Positions 36,091-46,461 are shown, counted from the first letter of the stretch. The stretch: DNA of 64,000 bases from Gammaproteobacteria bacterium (GCA_024638505.1 JAHEKE010000006.1:35902-99901); one strand, 5' to 3'. Notes: generated by a model from the letters alone, not told the origin. Program-made: numbers and translations.

Positions 36091-38136
36091 ATGCTGCTGT
36101 CTGTTCGCGCTATAGCTCTTGTGTTTCTGGTTTTATTGCTGGTCATGCCAGTCGGCTCATGGGCGGTTCCAATTGTTGAAAAACATGATCTCAACTGCGG
36201 TGATACTTTTCCCTGCCCGCCGGAGATTCAGCGGCGGGTTGATTTCTGGGTCATGGTATTCAGAGAGTGGCACACCAATCAGGTTATTTTGCACGACTCG
36301 ACCCGGCCTGAAAGGGTTTATTCGGTAAAGCAGACGAAGTTTACCTGCAGTCGTAAAAAGCCTGCAAAATCGATTGAACGCGAGCGATCCCGCATTAAAA
36401 AAGGTCTGCTAGGCGTAGCCAAAAAATTAACTCAGGCAGCGCCAAAATACACTAAAGACGAGCAAGAGTTGCTCGCCCTGTTTCCCAGCAAGAATGCGAA
36501 AATGGTCCAGCGTGCGGCGCACAATATTCGTTGCCAGCAGGGTAATAGAGATCGATTTCTGCAAGCATTGAAACGGTACGAATTCTATAAGGATCACATC
36601 CTGCATACGCTGCGCGACGCCGGTCTGTCTGAAGATATACTGTATCTGCCGTTTGTAGAATCCGCCTACAACCCCGCAGCCTATTCCCGGGTCGGCGCAG
36701 CCGGATTGTGGCAGATTATGCCGCGGACGGCGCGTACTTTAGGATTGCAGCTGAGTGCAACCCTGGATGAGAGATTTGATCCGGTAGCAGCGACGCGTGC
36801 GGCGGCTCGATATTTGCGCCGAAGCACGGACAAATTAACCGCCAAAGCCAGAGAGAAGAATGCTGCCGTAACCGTTTCTCAGATCAATCCCTTTGTCATT
36901 ACTTCCTACAACTATGGGGTGGCGGGAATGTGGCGCGCCATTGATCAGTTGGGCCCGGACTTCATCGCCGTCCTTAATAAATACAAATCCCCGGGATTTA
37001 GAACCGCAGTGCGTAACTTTTATGCAAGTTTCTTGGCGGCGCGCTACGTTGCGCAAAACGCACATAAGTATTTCGGTGATTTCAGTATTGACAATGAGTT
37101 CAGATATTCAGTTGTGGTGTTGAAACGACCAACTTCCGCTGGTCGCGCTAGTAAGGTCTTCGGAGTATCCAAGGATAAGTTGCGCAAGTTAAATCCGGCT
37201 CTGACGAGAAACGTATGGAAGGGATGGCGGTTGATACCAGATGGTTACTCGCTGCATCTGCCCTATAAAAAGGACCACTGGCAAACGCAGGTGGCACGTT
37301 TAGACGCCCTCCAGCCTGAATCTCCCCTGCTCAGTGGTAACCAGTACGTTGTGGTAAGGGGCGATACTGCCTGTGAGATCGCGCGGGTACACCGCGTTGG
37401 CTGTCGTGATCTGATTCAGCTCAACAATTTAGGCAGGCGGGCATTGATCAGAGTAGGGCAGAAGCTGGAGATCCCGGAGAATGCTGCGAAAGCGACTGTG
37501 CTTGCCAGCAAGCCAGCAGAGAAAAAAGTTCAGGTTGCTGTTGCCGAAACCAAGTCCGTTGACGGTGCAAACAGCAGTCGAAGTTCCAGTGATTCATTGA
37601 ATGATACTGCGGCGCAGGTCATGCCCGACTCGAGCCGGGTTTTTCAGCAGCTCATCGACAACATATCTGTCGATGTCGTGGCCGGGAGGAAAGACGGGAA
37701 ATGGGTGTTCAGTATTTTTGTCGAACCTGAAGAAACCATGGGCCACTATGCAGACTGGTTGGGCATAGGCAGTACCAGAACAATTCGGAACCTAAACGGG
37801 ATTCGGAGCTCGCGTCAGATAATAGTAGGTAAACGAATTGAGTTACCGGTTAAAACGGACGAACAGATTAAGACGTTTGAGGCCAAGCGCAGCGAGTACC
37901 ACAGGACCCTGGTTGATGAGTTTCAGCAGCACTATCAGATACTGGAGGTGCAGCAGTATCGCGTGAGGAGCGGCGACAGTATGTGGGACATTGCAAAGAA
38001 TCACGAGCTGCCTTACTGGGTTTTAACCCGCATGAATCCGCACGCGAAGTCACCCGCTGTCGGTGACATCCTGGCTATTCCGCTGGCAAAAGCACGAACA
38101 CCTTCAAAGGAGCCCCCCAGCACGCAGGGCAGTTGA
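36091..38136 (+). CDS. MltD-like membrane-bound lytic murein transglycosylase with LysM repeats
   Basis: Signal-like N-terminus from the ATG at 36091 (MLLSVRAIALVFLVLLLVMPVGSWA). SLT catalytic block PFVESAYNP...GLWQIM, and at least three LysM-like repeats in the C-terminal half. Confidence 0.85.
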   Translation: MLLSVRAIALVFLVLLLVMPVGSWAVPIVEKHDLNCGDTFPCPPEIQRRVDFWVMVFREWHTNQVILHDSTRPERVYSVKQTKFTCSRKKPAKSIERERSRIKKGLLGVAKKLTQAAPKYTKDEQELLALFPSKNAKMVQRAAHNIRCQQGNRDRFLQALKRYEFYKDHILHTLRDAGLSEDILYLPFVESAYNPAAYSRVGAAGLWQIMPRTARTLGLQLSATLDERFDPVAATRAAARYLRRSTDKLTAKAREKNAAVTVSQINPFVITSYNYGVAGMWRAIDQLGPDFIAVLNKYKSPGFRTAVRNFYASFLAARYVAQNAHKYFGDFSIDNEFRYSVVVLKRPTSAGRASKVFGVSKDKLRKLNPALTRNVWKGWRLIPDGYSLHLPYKKDHWQTQVARLDALQPESPLLSGNQYVVVRGDTACEIARVHRVGCRDLIQLNNLGRRALIRVGQKLEIPENAAKATVLASKPAEKKVQVAVAETKSVDGANSSRSSSDSLNDTAAQVMPDSSRVFQQLIDNISVDVVAGRKDGKWVFSIFVEPEETMGHYADWLGIGSTRTIRNLNGIRSSRQIIVGKRIELPVKTDEQIKTFEAKRSEYHRTLVDEFQQHYQILEVQQYRVRSGDSMWDIAKNHELPYWVLTRMNPHAKSPAVGDILAIPLAKARTPSKEPPSTQGS

Positions 38137-38157
38137 ACGCTGCCAACTGAGCCGGCA

Positions 38158-39315
38158 TCAGCTGTTTTTTATTCCACGGTGCAGGGTACGCGAACCAAAT
38201 CGTTTGTTTATCTGGTCGGCAACATTATCCAGAGTTCTCTGTTTGCATCGCTCCTGTTCAAACAGGTCAGTCTGTTCGTGTGTGGTATCAAGCAGACCCG
38301 TTACGCCAACACCGAGCAGCCGCACCGGCTCCTTTCTTTGCTTTCGCACGCTGACTAACAAAGATTTCGCAGTTCGCCAGATCTCCTGTGAGATATTGGT
38401 GTGCGCATGCAGCGTCCGGGCCCGAGTAATGGTGTAGAAATCAGAAAACCTCACTTTGATCTGCACGGTTTGCGCAAAGCGTCTGTGCCGCCTCAGCCTC
38501 ATTCCAACTTGCTCGGTTAGGTCGAGCAAGACCGCTGATAAGATCTGCTGTTCACTAATATCCTTATCAAAGGTGGTCTCGTGAGAGATGGACTTGGCTT
38601 CACCGTCAGTCACAACCGGACGCTCATCACATCCGTTTGCCAGGTACCAGATGTGCCGGCCCCATTGGCCGAATCGATGTTCGAGCGCTTCGATGGGTAT
38701 CCGGCGTAAATTTTCAACCGTCGAGATGCCCAGGCGTTGCAGCTGTTTTTCACCTGCTCTGCCCACACCCCAAATTCTTGTTACGGGAAGCGGATCCAAT
38801 ACGCTCTGCATGGTTTGTGCTGTGACCTCTACGAATCCGTTGGGTTTTTTTAAGTCACTGGCCAGTTTTGCCATGAATTTGTTAGGCGCAATGCCAACCG
38901 AGGCGGTAAGCTGCAGCTCATTGTTGATATCTTCTTTAACACGGCCAGCGATATCCCTAGCCTGGCCCCAAAGCCTCTGACTTAACGTCACATCGAGAAA
39001 CGCTTCGTCCAGTGCGAGCGGTTCAATCAGCGGCGTGTAGCGTTCGAACACGTGTCTGATCTGTTTTGAGACCTGCGCATAGTGATCGTGCCTGGCTTTC
39101 ACCAACACTAATTCCGGACATAATCGCACGGCGGTTTTCGAAGGCATGGCGCTGTGCACTCCATATTGGCGAGCAGCATAGCTGGCTGCCGCAATGACGC
39201 CACGCTGCCCCGGGTCACCACCTACAGCGACCGGCAGATCCTTCAGTTCCGGGCGATCACGAATCTCTATTGATGCGTAGAAAGCATCCATGTCTACATG
39301 AATGATGGATCGCAT
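38158..39315 (-). CDS. dinB: DNA polymerase IV (Y-family translesion polymerase)
   Basis: MRSIIHVDMDAFYASIEIRDRPEL N-terminus identical in pattern to DinB. I prefer the ATG at 39315 over the ORF-track TTG at 39369. Confidence 0.92.
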   Translation of the reverse strand: MRSIIHVDMDAFYASIEIRDRPELKDLPVAVGGDPGQRGVIAAASYAARQYGVHSAMPSKTAVRLCPELVLVKARHDHYAQVSKQIRHVFERYTPLIEPLALDEAFLDVTLSQRLWGQARDIAGRVKEDINNELQLTASVGIAPNKFMAKLASDLKKPNGFVEVTAQTMQSVLDPLPVTRIWGVGRAGEKQLQRLGISTVENLRRIPIEALEHRFGQWGRHIWYLANGCDERPVVTDGEAKSISHETTFDKDISEQQILSAVLLDLTEQVGMRLRRHRRFAQTVQIKVRFSDFYTITRARTLHAHTNISQEIWRTAKSLLVSVRKQRKEPVRLLGVGVTGLLDTTHEQTDLFEQERCKQRTLDNVADQINKRFGSRTLHRGIKNS

Positions 39316-39383
39316 ATTCAGAGTTTGCGTCTTGTCGCCGGCTGTTCGCAGCGGGTTAGAGTCTATCAAGTCGGCACGGATTT

Positions 39384-41291
39384 TTACCAGCCACCGCCGC
39401 CGCCGCCGCCACCGCCGCCGCCAGAAAAACCGCCCCCCCCACTGCCAGAGCTGCTGCCGGGTGCGCTGGATGACGCTGCGACCGCTTTAGACAGGGATGC
39501 GCCCAAAGTAGTAGAGAAACTGGTGGGATTGAACCTATCCCAGTCTGCCCCACTGTACCAGCGGGGTCGGTACGTTTTTGCCTGCGGATCCTTTGCTTCC
39601 GTCTGCAGTTTGGCGGCAAAACGTTCGGACCAGGCCTGATCGACGCCGAGAGCCAGAGCATATGGCAGGTATTTTTCAAATAATTGGGGTGTTTGTTCGG
39701 GAGGGTTGAGCGTGTTCAAGCGCTCTTCTTCCGCAGTAGCTAGATACAATCTAAAACCTTCTATCTTGTCCAGCAGTTTGCGCCCGGCATCGGTTGGCGC
39801 CTTCATCAGATAATAAAAAACAATGTTGAGCACAATGAGGACTGCCAGTAGAAGGAACAGGGGCCAGCCTCCCATTTGCAGGAAAGCTGTAAGTGCGGCT
39901 ATTTCAAAAAAAGCAAATATGATGAACATTAAAAACTGCCGCTGTCTGACAAGCACAAACAGAGTGAATGACCAGCCGGCCAGCCAGATGCTCATCAGCA
40001 GTAACGAAATGACTGTCCCCTCCGAGCCGCGAAACCCACTGATTGCGAGTATTAAGATGGATAAGATCACACCTGGAACAAGGTACCCGCTGTTAGTCTT
40101 AAACTGCACCGAGTGATACTCTCTTTTCAACAGAGCCTTTAATGCTTTTATAGATTTGCCAATAGCGGCATGATGCTGACGCTTGAAGGACAGCGACTGC
40201 TTTTCGCGTAGCAAGGGTCTGAGGACTGATCGCTCCCCCGGGGATAAGGATGATTCATCGGCCCCCGCCACGCGGTTTATGACATAGGTATTCTCTTCAT
40301 TGTCGATAGTCAGGGCGCCTTTGACTGCCATGTTGATGATCGCAGCGGCGTAAGCCTTGTTGTCGAAGCCCATGCGGTAGATATAACGCATCGCCGCAGG
40401 GGAGAGGTTCGCCGGGGGGTAAAACAAAGGGATTATCGTGCCTGACGCAGGGTCGCGCCCCAGTTTCATCCATACCGTAAAGTAATAAAGGAGGAGGACT
40501 GACAAGCCGGTAACTGCAATAAATACGGTGCCGTTGTCGCGCACAAAGTAACCGATCTTTTCCCCGCTTGTAGGTTCTCGCACGTAGCCTTTGGGCCAGG
40601 TGACAACGATTGAAAATCCCTCCCGTGGCCGCAGCGGCCGGGTGGTGGCAAACTCGACCTTATCCGCATCGACCCGCACAGCTTGGAAATCTTTACCGTA
40701 TTCACCAAAATAACCGGTAAAGCCGTCGCTAGTGGTATTGTGGCTGACAACTTGAGGCGGCAGGTCTACCCTCGCGTAGACTTTGTCTATTGCAAAAGCC
40801 CAATCGTTGCCGGTAACGTTCCAGTAAAGCTCATCATGATCAGCAAAGAATCCTAGCTGTCGGTCTGTGCGGTAGGAAATCTTATAGCTGTATTCACCTG
40901 GGTCGAGGTAAACATCTTTCTGCCCCATGTAAACACGTACACCGTTGGGCAACGATTTGCTGTGATGCGGTTCTGCTTTGCCATCGCGGGAGACCTGGAT
41001 TAGCTCGAAATCCACGACATAATTATCACCGCTGTGGCTGCGATACTTCGTCGGGAAATCGCGGTATACGCCGCGTCTGATCTGTTTACCTTCTGCGCGG
41101 ACTCTAATCGTTTCCGTAACCACCATCGAGCCATCTTGAAGAATTTCGATGTCGCTGGAAAAGGAAAGAATTCGCTCTGCGGATTGGGCTGGGCTGGTGA
41201 ACAGCAGTACGCCGCACAGGAGGCACCCTATGCAAGATTTATAGATGGGCATGCCCGCTGACCGTTTTATCACCCTCAAACAACCAGTCAA
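39384..41291 (-). CDS. DUF2207 family membrane protein with a Gly-rich C-terminal tail
   Basis: Signal peptide, a DUF2207-type N-domain (I.SF.SDI.I..DGS..V.E.I.V), a central multi-TM block and a C-terminal SSSGSGGGGFSGGGGGGGGGGGW. Confidence 0.8.
   Translation of the reverse strand: MTGCLRVIKRSAGMPIYKSCIGCLLCGVLLFTSPAQSAERILSFSSDIEILQDGSMVVTETIRVRAEGKQIRRGVYRDFPTKYRSHSGDNYVVDFELIQVSRDGKAEPHHSKSLPNGVRVYMGQKDVYLDPGEYSYKISYRTDRQLGFFADHDELYWNVTGNDWAFAIDKVYARVDLPPQVVSHNTTSDGFTGYFGEYGKDFQAVRVDADKVEFATTRPLRPREGFSIVVTWPKGYVREPTSGEKIGYFVRDNGTVFIAVTGLSVLLLYYFTVWMKLGRDPASGTIIPLFYPPANLSPAAMRYIYRMGFDNKAYAAAIINMAVKGALTIDNEENTYVINRVAGADESSLSPGERSVLRPLLREKQSLSFKRQHHAAIGKSIKALKALLKREYHSVQFKTNSGYLVPGVILSILILAISGFRGSEGTVISLLLMSIWLAGWSFTLFVLVRQRQFLMFIIFAFFEIAALTAFLQMGGWPLFLLLAVLIVLNIVFYYLMKAPTDAGRKLLDKIEGFRLYLATAEEERLNTLNPPEQTPQLFEKYLPYALALGVDQAWSERFAAKLQTEAKDPQAKTYRPRWYSGADWDRFNPTSFSTTLGASLSKAVAASSSAPGSSSGSGGGGFSGGGGGGGGGGGW
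39390..39422 (-). repeat. Triplet (GCC/ACC)x11 tract encoding 11 consecutive Gly, next to a C8 homopolymer (39433-39440)
   Basis: Read directly: gccaccgccgccgccgccgccaccgccgccgcc, then agaaaaaccg + cccccccc. Both lie within the last ~20 codons of the DUF2207 gene. Confidence 0.9.
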
Positions 41292-41299
41292 CTTAGTTC

Positions 41300-41893
41300 T
41301 CAGAGTTCTATTTTAGGCACATCTCTCTGCCGGGCCAGCTCGATCTCAAAGAACTCCGCTGTTGTAAAGTTAAATATCCGCGCAATCAGATTGCTGGGAA
41401 ATGATTCGACTAGAACATTTAAATCACGGACCGAGCCGTTGTAGTAGCGCCGCGCCAGTTGAATGTGGTCTTCGATTTCATCCAGGTTATCCTGTAAATC
41501 AAGAAAATTCTGACTCGCCTTCAGGTCTGGATAAGCTTCCGCTACGGCAAATAGATTGGCCAGAGCCCGGGATATTTGCCCTTCCTCTGCCTCACGCTCG
41601 CTGACGTTCTGTGAGCCGACCCGCATCTGAGTTACGCGCTCCAGCGTACCGGCCTCATGTTTGGCGTAACCCTTAACCACTTCAACCAGATTGGGAACCA
41701 GGTTGAATCGCCGCTTGAGTTGTACGTCAATTCCGCTCCATGCCTCTTTTGCCAAATTGACCAGTTTGACGAATCGGTTATAAGTCAAGACTGCCCACAG
41801 TACGATGAGTCCGATCAATACAAGGGCGACTGACATGGTCGAAATATTCATGCTATCAAATTTGGCTAGGGTTCCCTGAACGAAGAATCGCAT
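41300..41893 (-). CDS. lemA: LemA family protein
   Basis: N-terminal TM helix followed by YNRFV and the conserved LemA helical body (AYPDLKA...F..LQ..L...E..I..AR..YN). 8 nt upstream of DUF2207, the usual partner. Confidence 0.9.
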   Translation of the reverse strand: MRFFVQGTLAKFDSMNISTMSVALVLIGLIVLWAVLTYNRFVKLVNLAKEAWSGIDVQLKRRFNLVPNLVEVVKGYAKHEAGTLERVTQMRVGSQNVSEREAEEGQISRALANLFAVAEAYPDLKASQNFLDLQDNLDEIEDHIQLARRYYNGSVRDLNVLVESFPSNLIARIFNFTTAEFFEIELARQRDVPKIEL

Positions 41894-42152
41894 GCATTAT
41901 ATATGTATAGACCCAAGCCTTGGTTCTTTAAAGTTCATGTTATGCAGCCAGCTGGAAATGTCCCCACGGGCGGGCGAATTGACGCTATGTAAAAAGTTAA
42001 AAGCTTGATTAAAACCATCGTGCCTGGACGGACCTCAGCCGCGTGCGCTGCACAACAAAGGTGGGATCACGGGTTAAAGATAGTTTATTATGGGGGTCGA
42101 TGCTTAAGGCGAAATATCATAACCGTCATCGCACAACGGTGGCCCGCAAATC

Positions 42153-45100
42153 ATGATTTTACCGTCATTTCATCCCGCTGTTTCTTCATGGTTTGAGGCC
42201 AGCTTTTCCGCCCCGACGCCGTGTCAGAAGCAGGCGTGGCCAGCGATCAGCAGTGGCAAACATACGCTGGTAGCGGCGCCCACCGGCTCAGGTAAAACTC
42301 TGGCGGCGTTTCTCTGTGCGATAAATGATCTGCTTTCACAGGGGCTCAAGCAGGGCGGTTTTCTGGAGCAGGGTGTGCAGGTGCTGTATGTATCTCCCCT
42401 AAAGGCTTTGTCTAATGACATTCAGAAGAATCTGCAGGCACCGCTGCAAGGCATACGCGATCAATTGCTGTCGACAGGGCAGGCAGATGTTGATGTTCAG
42501 GCGCTGGCCAGGACCGGCGACACTTCTCCGGCCGATCGAGAGCGTATGCGCCGCAATCCCCCGCACATACTGGTTACCACCCCAGAGTCGCTGTACTTAC
42601 TTCTGACCTCTGAATCCGGGCGGGCGTCACTGCGCACGGTACGTACCGTTATCATAGACGAAATTCATGCCCTGGCGGGCAACAAGCGGGGCGCTCATCT
42701 GAGCCTTTCCTTGCAGCGTTTATCGGCGCTGGTCGACGACCGATTAACGCGGATTGGGTTGTCCGCGACCCAGCGTCCAATTGCGCAAGTTGCTAATTTT
42801 TTAATAGGCAATGAGCACGAGCCGCGGATTGTGGTAGACATCGGGCATCATCGAGAGCGCGACCTTGAGCTCGCCCTCACCGGCTCGCCGCTGGAGACGG
42901 TCATGCCCGCTGAGGCATGGTCTGAGTTCTATGATCATCTGGCTGGTTTGATCGAGCAGCACAAAACTACGCTGGTTTTCGTCAATACTCGACGTTTGGC
43001 GGAGAGAATAGCGCGTCACCTGGTTGACAGACTGGGGGAGGAGGCGATTACCGCGCATCATGGCAGCTTAGCCAGAATGCACCGGCTGAAAGCAGAACAG
43101 AAGTTAAAACGCGGGGAATTACGGGCGTTGGTGGCGACGGCCTCGTTGGAGCTGGGGATCGATATTGGTGACGTGGATCTGGTATGTCAGATAGGCTCGC
43201 CCCGATCAATCGCGACCTTTTTACAAAGAGTAGGGCGCTCAGGGCATGCTGTTACAGCCACGCCCAAGGGACGTTTGTTTCCCACCAGCAGAGATGAATT
43301 GATTGAGTGTGCGGCACTGCTGGATGCAATCGAGCGTGATGAGTTGGAGTCGCTGCGGATTGCGCAAGGCCCATTGGATGTCATAGCACAGCAGATCACC
43401 GCTGAGATATCTGCAAAGGAATGGTCAATGCAAGCGCTGTATGAACTGTATGTCCAGGCGTGGCCATACCGGAAAATGACTCGTGCGCAGTTCGATGAAG
43501 TCGTCGATATGGTGGCCAATGGTTTTTCCACAAGACGCGGCCGTCGGGCAGCTTACCTGCATCGAGATATTGTCAATCAGCGTTTGCGGGCAAGGCGCTC
43601 CGCTCGTCTGGTTGCTTTAACCAATGGCGGGACAATCCCGGATCAGTTCGACTACGACGTGATCATGGAGCCGGAAGGACAGTTCGTGGGGACATTGAAC
43701 GAAGATTTTGCCTTTGAAAGTCTTCCCGGGGATATTTTTCAATTAGGTAACACTTCGTATCGAATTTTACGGGTCGAGCGCAGCACCGTTCGTGTACAGG
43801 ATGCCAAAGGGCAGCCGCCGAATATTCCTTTTTGGTTTGGCGAGGCGCCCGGGCGGAGCGATGAGCTATCCCAAGCAGTATCTAGATTCAGAGATGAATT
43901 CGCCCAGCGCTGGGAGAATGACCGCGAGGGGTTGAGCAAATGGTTAGCCGGCTTGTCCTTGCAGCCAGCCGCAGTCGCTCAGATCATTGACTATCTTGGC
44001 AGTGCACACGCCGCCTTGGGGTTGTTACCCACGCAGCAGGAAATTGTGTTCGAACGTTTTTTCGACGAGTCGGGTGATACCCATTTGGTGATCCATTCAC
44101 CTTTCGGTTCCAGAATCAACCGCGGCTGGGGTCTTGCGCTGCGTAAGCGTTTCTGTCGCCGCTTTAATTTTGAGCTGCAGGCAGCCGCCCTGGAAGACAG
44201 TATTGTGTTGTCCCTGGGTGCTACTCACAGCTTTCCTCTGGAGGAAGTTAAAACTTATCTCAAATCGCCTGCGATACAACAGATCCTTACTCAGGCGTTG
44301 TTGGATACGCCGATGTTCACGACGCGATGGCGCTGGGTAGCCACCACCGCACTGGCGCTTCAACGCAACCGTAACGGCCAACGGGTTCCACCCCAGATTC
44401 AGCGAATGAATGCGGAAGATCTGGTGGCCATTGTATTCCCCGACCAGCTGGCATGTGTGGAGAATCTTGCCGGGGAGAGAGAGGTACCTGATCATCCGCT
44501 GGTACAGCAGACGCTGTGGGACTGCCTGCATGAGGCGATGGACATTAGCGGACTGCAGCGCGTGATCGAAGCGATCGAAAACGGACAAATTAACATCATA
44601 ACGCGTGAACTGGCCTTACCATCCCCTCTAGCGCAGGAGATACTCACGGCGCGGCCTTATGCCTTTCTCGATGACGCCCCGGCAGAGGAGCGTAGGACGA
44701 GTGCGGTGCAGGCCCGCGCTTTCCTCGATCCGCAAACGGCGTCACGGCTGGGAAAGCTCGATGCCGAGGCAATTGCGCGGGTGCGCAATGAAGCCTGGCC
44801 GCAGCCGAGAGACGCCGATGAACTGCACGATGCCCTGGTTACGCTGGGAGCAGTTACCGGCGCCGAAGGCAAACAAAACAGATGGTGTTCGATGTTTGAA
44901 ACTCTGGCTGAGCAGCACAGAGCAACCCAGCTTAAGGTGGGTGAAAATCTGCAGCTATGGGTCGCCGCCGAGCGCCTGGGACAGTGGTGTTTGATTCATC
45001 CGCAGGCGAGTTGTGCACCGATGATATCCGCCGTCGATGCACCTGGATTAAACAGTCAGGATCGAACACATGCCATACAGGAGATCGTGCGCAGTCGTAT

Positions 45101-46379
45101 GGAGGGAACTGGGCCAACAGCGTTAGAACAATTAACCGCTGATATTGGATGCGATGCAACGGAGGTACAGCATGCATTGCTCATGCTCCAAGGTGAGGGA
45201 TTTGTTATGCAGGGTAGCTTCACCGGCGAACATGGCGAGTGGTGTGAGCGTCGCCTGCTGGCCCGCATCAATCGCTACACCGTGAAGCGTCTGCGTCAAG
45301 AGATCGAGCCCGTTTCGGCGGCAGATTACATGCGCTTTCTACTGAAGTGGCAGGGCGTGGCGCCAAATCATAGGCGTCAGGGTGAGGCGGCGTTAACGGA
45401 GGTTATGCAACAGCTCGTTGGTTACGTCGCACCCTTAAGTGCTTGGACTAAATCCATTCTACCAACGCGTCTGACCGGGTTTGAGCAGAGCATGCTGGAT
45501 CGTATTTGTTTGTCGGGTCGATTTCGCTGGCTGCGCCCAGCTGGCGGCTTATCTGTTTCAGTGGTGAAAAAAAACATGTCGATAAGCTTCGCCCCTAGAA
45601 CCGAAACCGCGGTATGGCAGCAGCAGCGCGGTGACGGCACGGAGTTGTCTGCCCTTGCTCAGCGGGTGTGGCGCATTCTGCAGAAAAATGGGGCACTCTA
45701 TGTTGATGAAATCGTCGCTGAAGACGAGATGACAGAGGCAAATGTGATCCAGGGGCTGAGGGAACTCGCTGGCTCTGGTGTAGCGGGGTGCGACGGATTT
45801 GACAGTTTGCACCTGCTGGTTAAAGGAGATGATAAGTTATTGCTTGACGGCGGGCGTTGGCACTTAAACCAGATTCCGGCCGCTACGGCGGAGTACAGTG
45901 GCGATGAACTGGAAACAGTAGCGAAAACAGTGTTGCGACGTTACGGCGTCGTATTTCGTAAAGTGCTGGAACGGGAATCTGCTGTCATACCAAGCTGGCG
46001 AGAGCTGTTGATGATGTATCGTCGTTTGGAAGCGCAGGGGCAGATTCGAGGGGGGCGTTTTGTTGCAGGATTTTCCGGTGAACAGTTTGCCCTGCCCGAG
46101 GCCGTCGGTTCTCTGCGCCAGGCACGTCGTCACAATGCGAGCATGGATATGGTTACTATTAGTGCAGCAGATCCGCTGAATCTGATCGGTATTGTTGTTC
46201 CGGGCGAGCGCATAGCAGTCAATGCTAACGAACGTATCCTGCTGCGCGGCGGTGTACCTATTGCGACGCAAAGTGGCAAAGATGTGCGCTACATTCAGGT
46301 GTTGGATGACGAAGAGCAGTGGCGGGCGCGCAACGCCCTGGTGCAGCATCCATACCCCGCCAGCCAGGAAGCGCACTGA
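42153..46379 (+). CDS. lhr: Lhr-like large ATP-dependent DEAH helicase
   Basis: 1408 aa. SF2 motifs AAPTGSGKT, DEIH, SATQRP, HHGSL and QRVGRSGH, followed by a long Lhr-type C-terminal extension. Confidence 0.9.
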   Translation: MILPSFHPAVSSWFEASFSAPTPCQKQAWPAISSGKHTLVAAPTGSGKTLAAFLCAINDLLSQGLKQGGFLEQGVQVLYVSPLKALSNDIQKNLQAPLQGIRDQLLSTGQADVDVQALARTGDTSPADRERMRRNPPHILVTTPESLYLLLTSESGRASLRTVRTVIIDEIHALAGNKRGAHLSLSLQRLSALVDDRLTRIGLSATQRPIAQVANFLIGNEHEPRIVVDIGHHRERDLELALTGSPLETVMPAEAWSEFYDHLAGLIEQHKTTLVFVNTRRLAERIARHLVDRLGEEAITAHHGSLARMHRLKAEQKLKRGELRALVATASLELGIDIGDVDLVCQIGSPRSIATFLQRVGRSGHAVTATPKGRLFPTSRDELIECAALLDAIERDELESLRIAQGPLDVIAQQITAEISAKEWSMQALYELYVQAWPYRKMTRAQFDEVVDMVANGFSTRRGRRAAYLHRDIVNQRLRARRSARLVALTNGGTIPDQFDYDVIMEPEGQFVGTLNEDFAFESLPGDIFQLGNTSYRILRVERSTVRVQDAKGQPPNIPFWFGEAPGRSDELSQAVSRFRDEFAQRWENDREGLSKWLAGLSLQPAAVAQIIDYLGSAHAALGLLPTQQEIVFERFFDESGDTHLVIHSPFGSRINRGWGLALRKRFCRRFNFELQAAALEDSIVLSLGATHSFPLEEVKTYLKSPAIQQILTQALLDTPMFTTRWRWVATTALALQRNRNGQRVPPQIQRMNAEDLVAIVFPDQLACVENLAGEREVPDHPLVQQTLWDCLHEAMDISGLQRVIEAIENGQINIITRELALPSPLAQEILTARPYAFLDDAPAEERRTSAVQARAFLDPQTASRLGKLDAEAIARVRNEAWPQPRDADELHDALVTLGAVTGAEGKQNRWCSMFETLAEQHRATQLKVGENLQLWVAAERLGQWCLIHPQASCAPMISAVDAPGLNSQDRTHAIQEIVRSRMEGTGPTALEQLTADIGCDATEVQHALLMLQGEGFVMQGSFTGEHGEWCERRLLARINRYTVKRLRQEIEPVSAADYMRFLLKWQGVAPNHRRQGEAALTEVMQQLVGYVAPLSAWTKSILPTRLTGFEQSMLDRICLSGRFRWLRPAGGLSVSVVKKNMSISFAPRTETAVWQQQRGDGTELSALAQRVWRILQKNGALYVDEIVAEDEMTEANVIQGLRELAGSGVAGCDGFDSLHLLVKGDDKLLLDGGRWHLNQIPAATAEYSGDELETVAKTVLRRYGVVFRKVLERESAVIPSWRELLMMYRRLEAQGQIRGGRFVAGFSGEQFALPEAVGSLRQARRHNASMDMVTISAADPLNLIGIVVPGERIAVNANERILLRGGVPIATQSGKDVRYIQVLDDEEQWRARNALVQHPYPASQEAH

Positions 46380-46461
46380 AGGCTGCCTGGTGTCGGCCGG
46401 GGCAGAACACAATCAGACAAGTGGGGTCGCTGTGTGACGGTGACTGCTCGGACTGGGACGA

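Noticed and set aside
39316-39383. Search for a LexA/SOS box (CTGT-N8-ACAG) upstream of dinB and in the LemA/lhr intergenic region (41894-42152)
   Set aside because: The nearest thing is CTGGTAAAAATCCGTG, which lacks the CAG half-site. No box is called. The absence is reported only as an observation, since clade-specific LexA motifs differ.
39298-39639. Plus-strand ORF encoding a striking poly-proline run (PPPPPPPPPPPEKPPPP)
   Set aside because: It is the antisense reading of the (GCC)n/C8 tract that encodes the poly-Gly tail of the DUF2207 gene. It overlaps two well-supported minus-strand genes and has no SD.
41894-41925. AT-rich segment GCATTATATATGTATAG that superficially resembles a dif/Xer site or an SOS box
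   Set aside because: It does not match the XerD arm (TTATGTTAAAT) or the CTG/CAG ends of a LexA box. It is most likely just promoter-region AT-richness.
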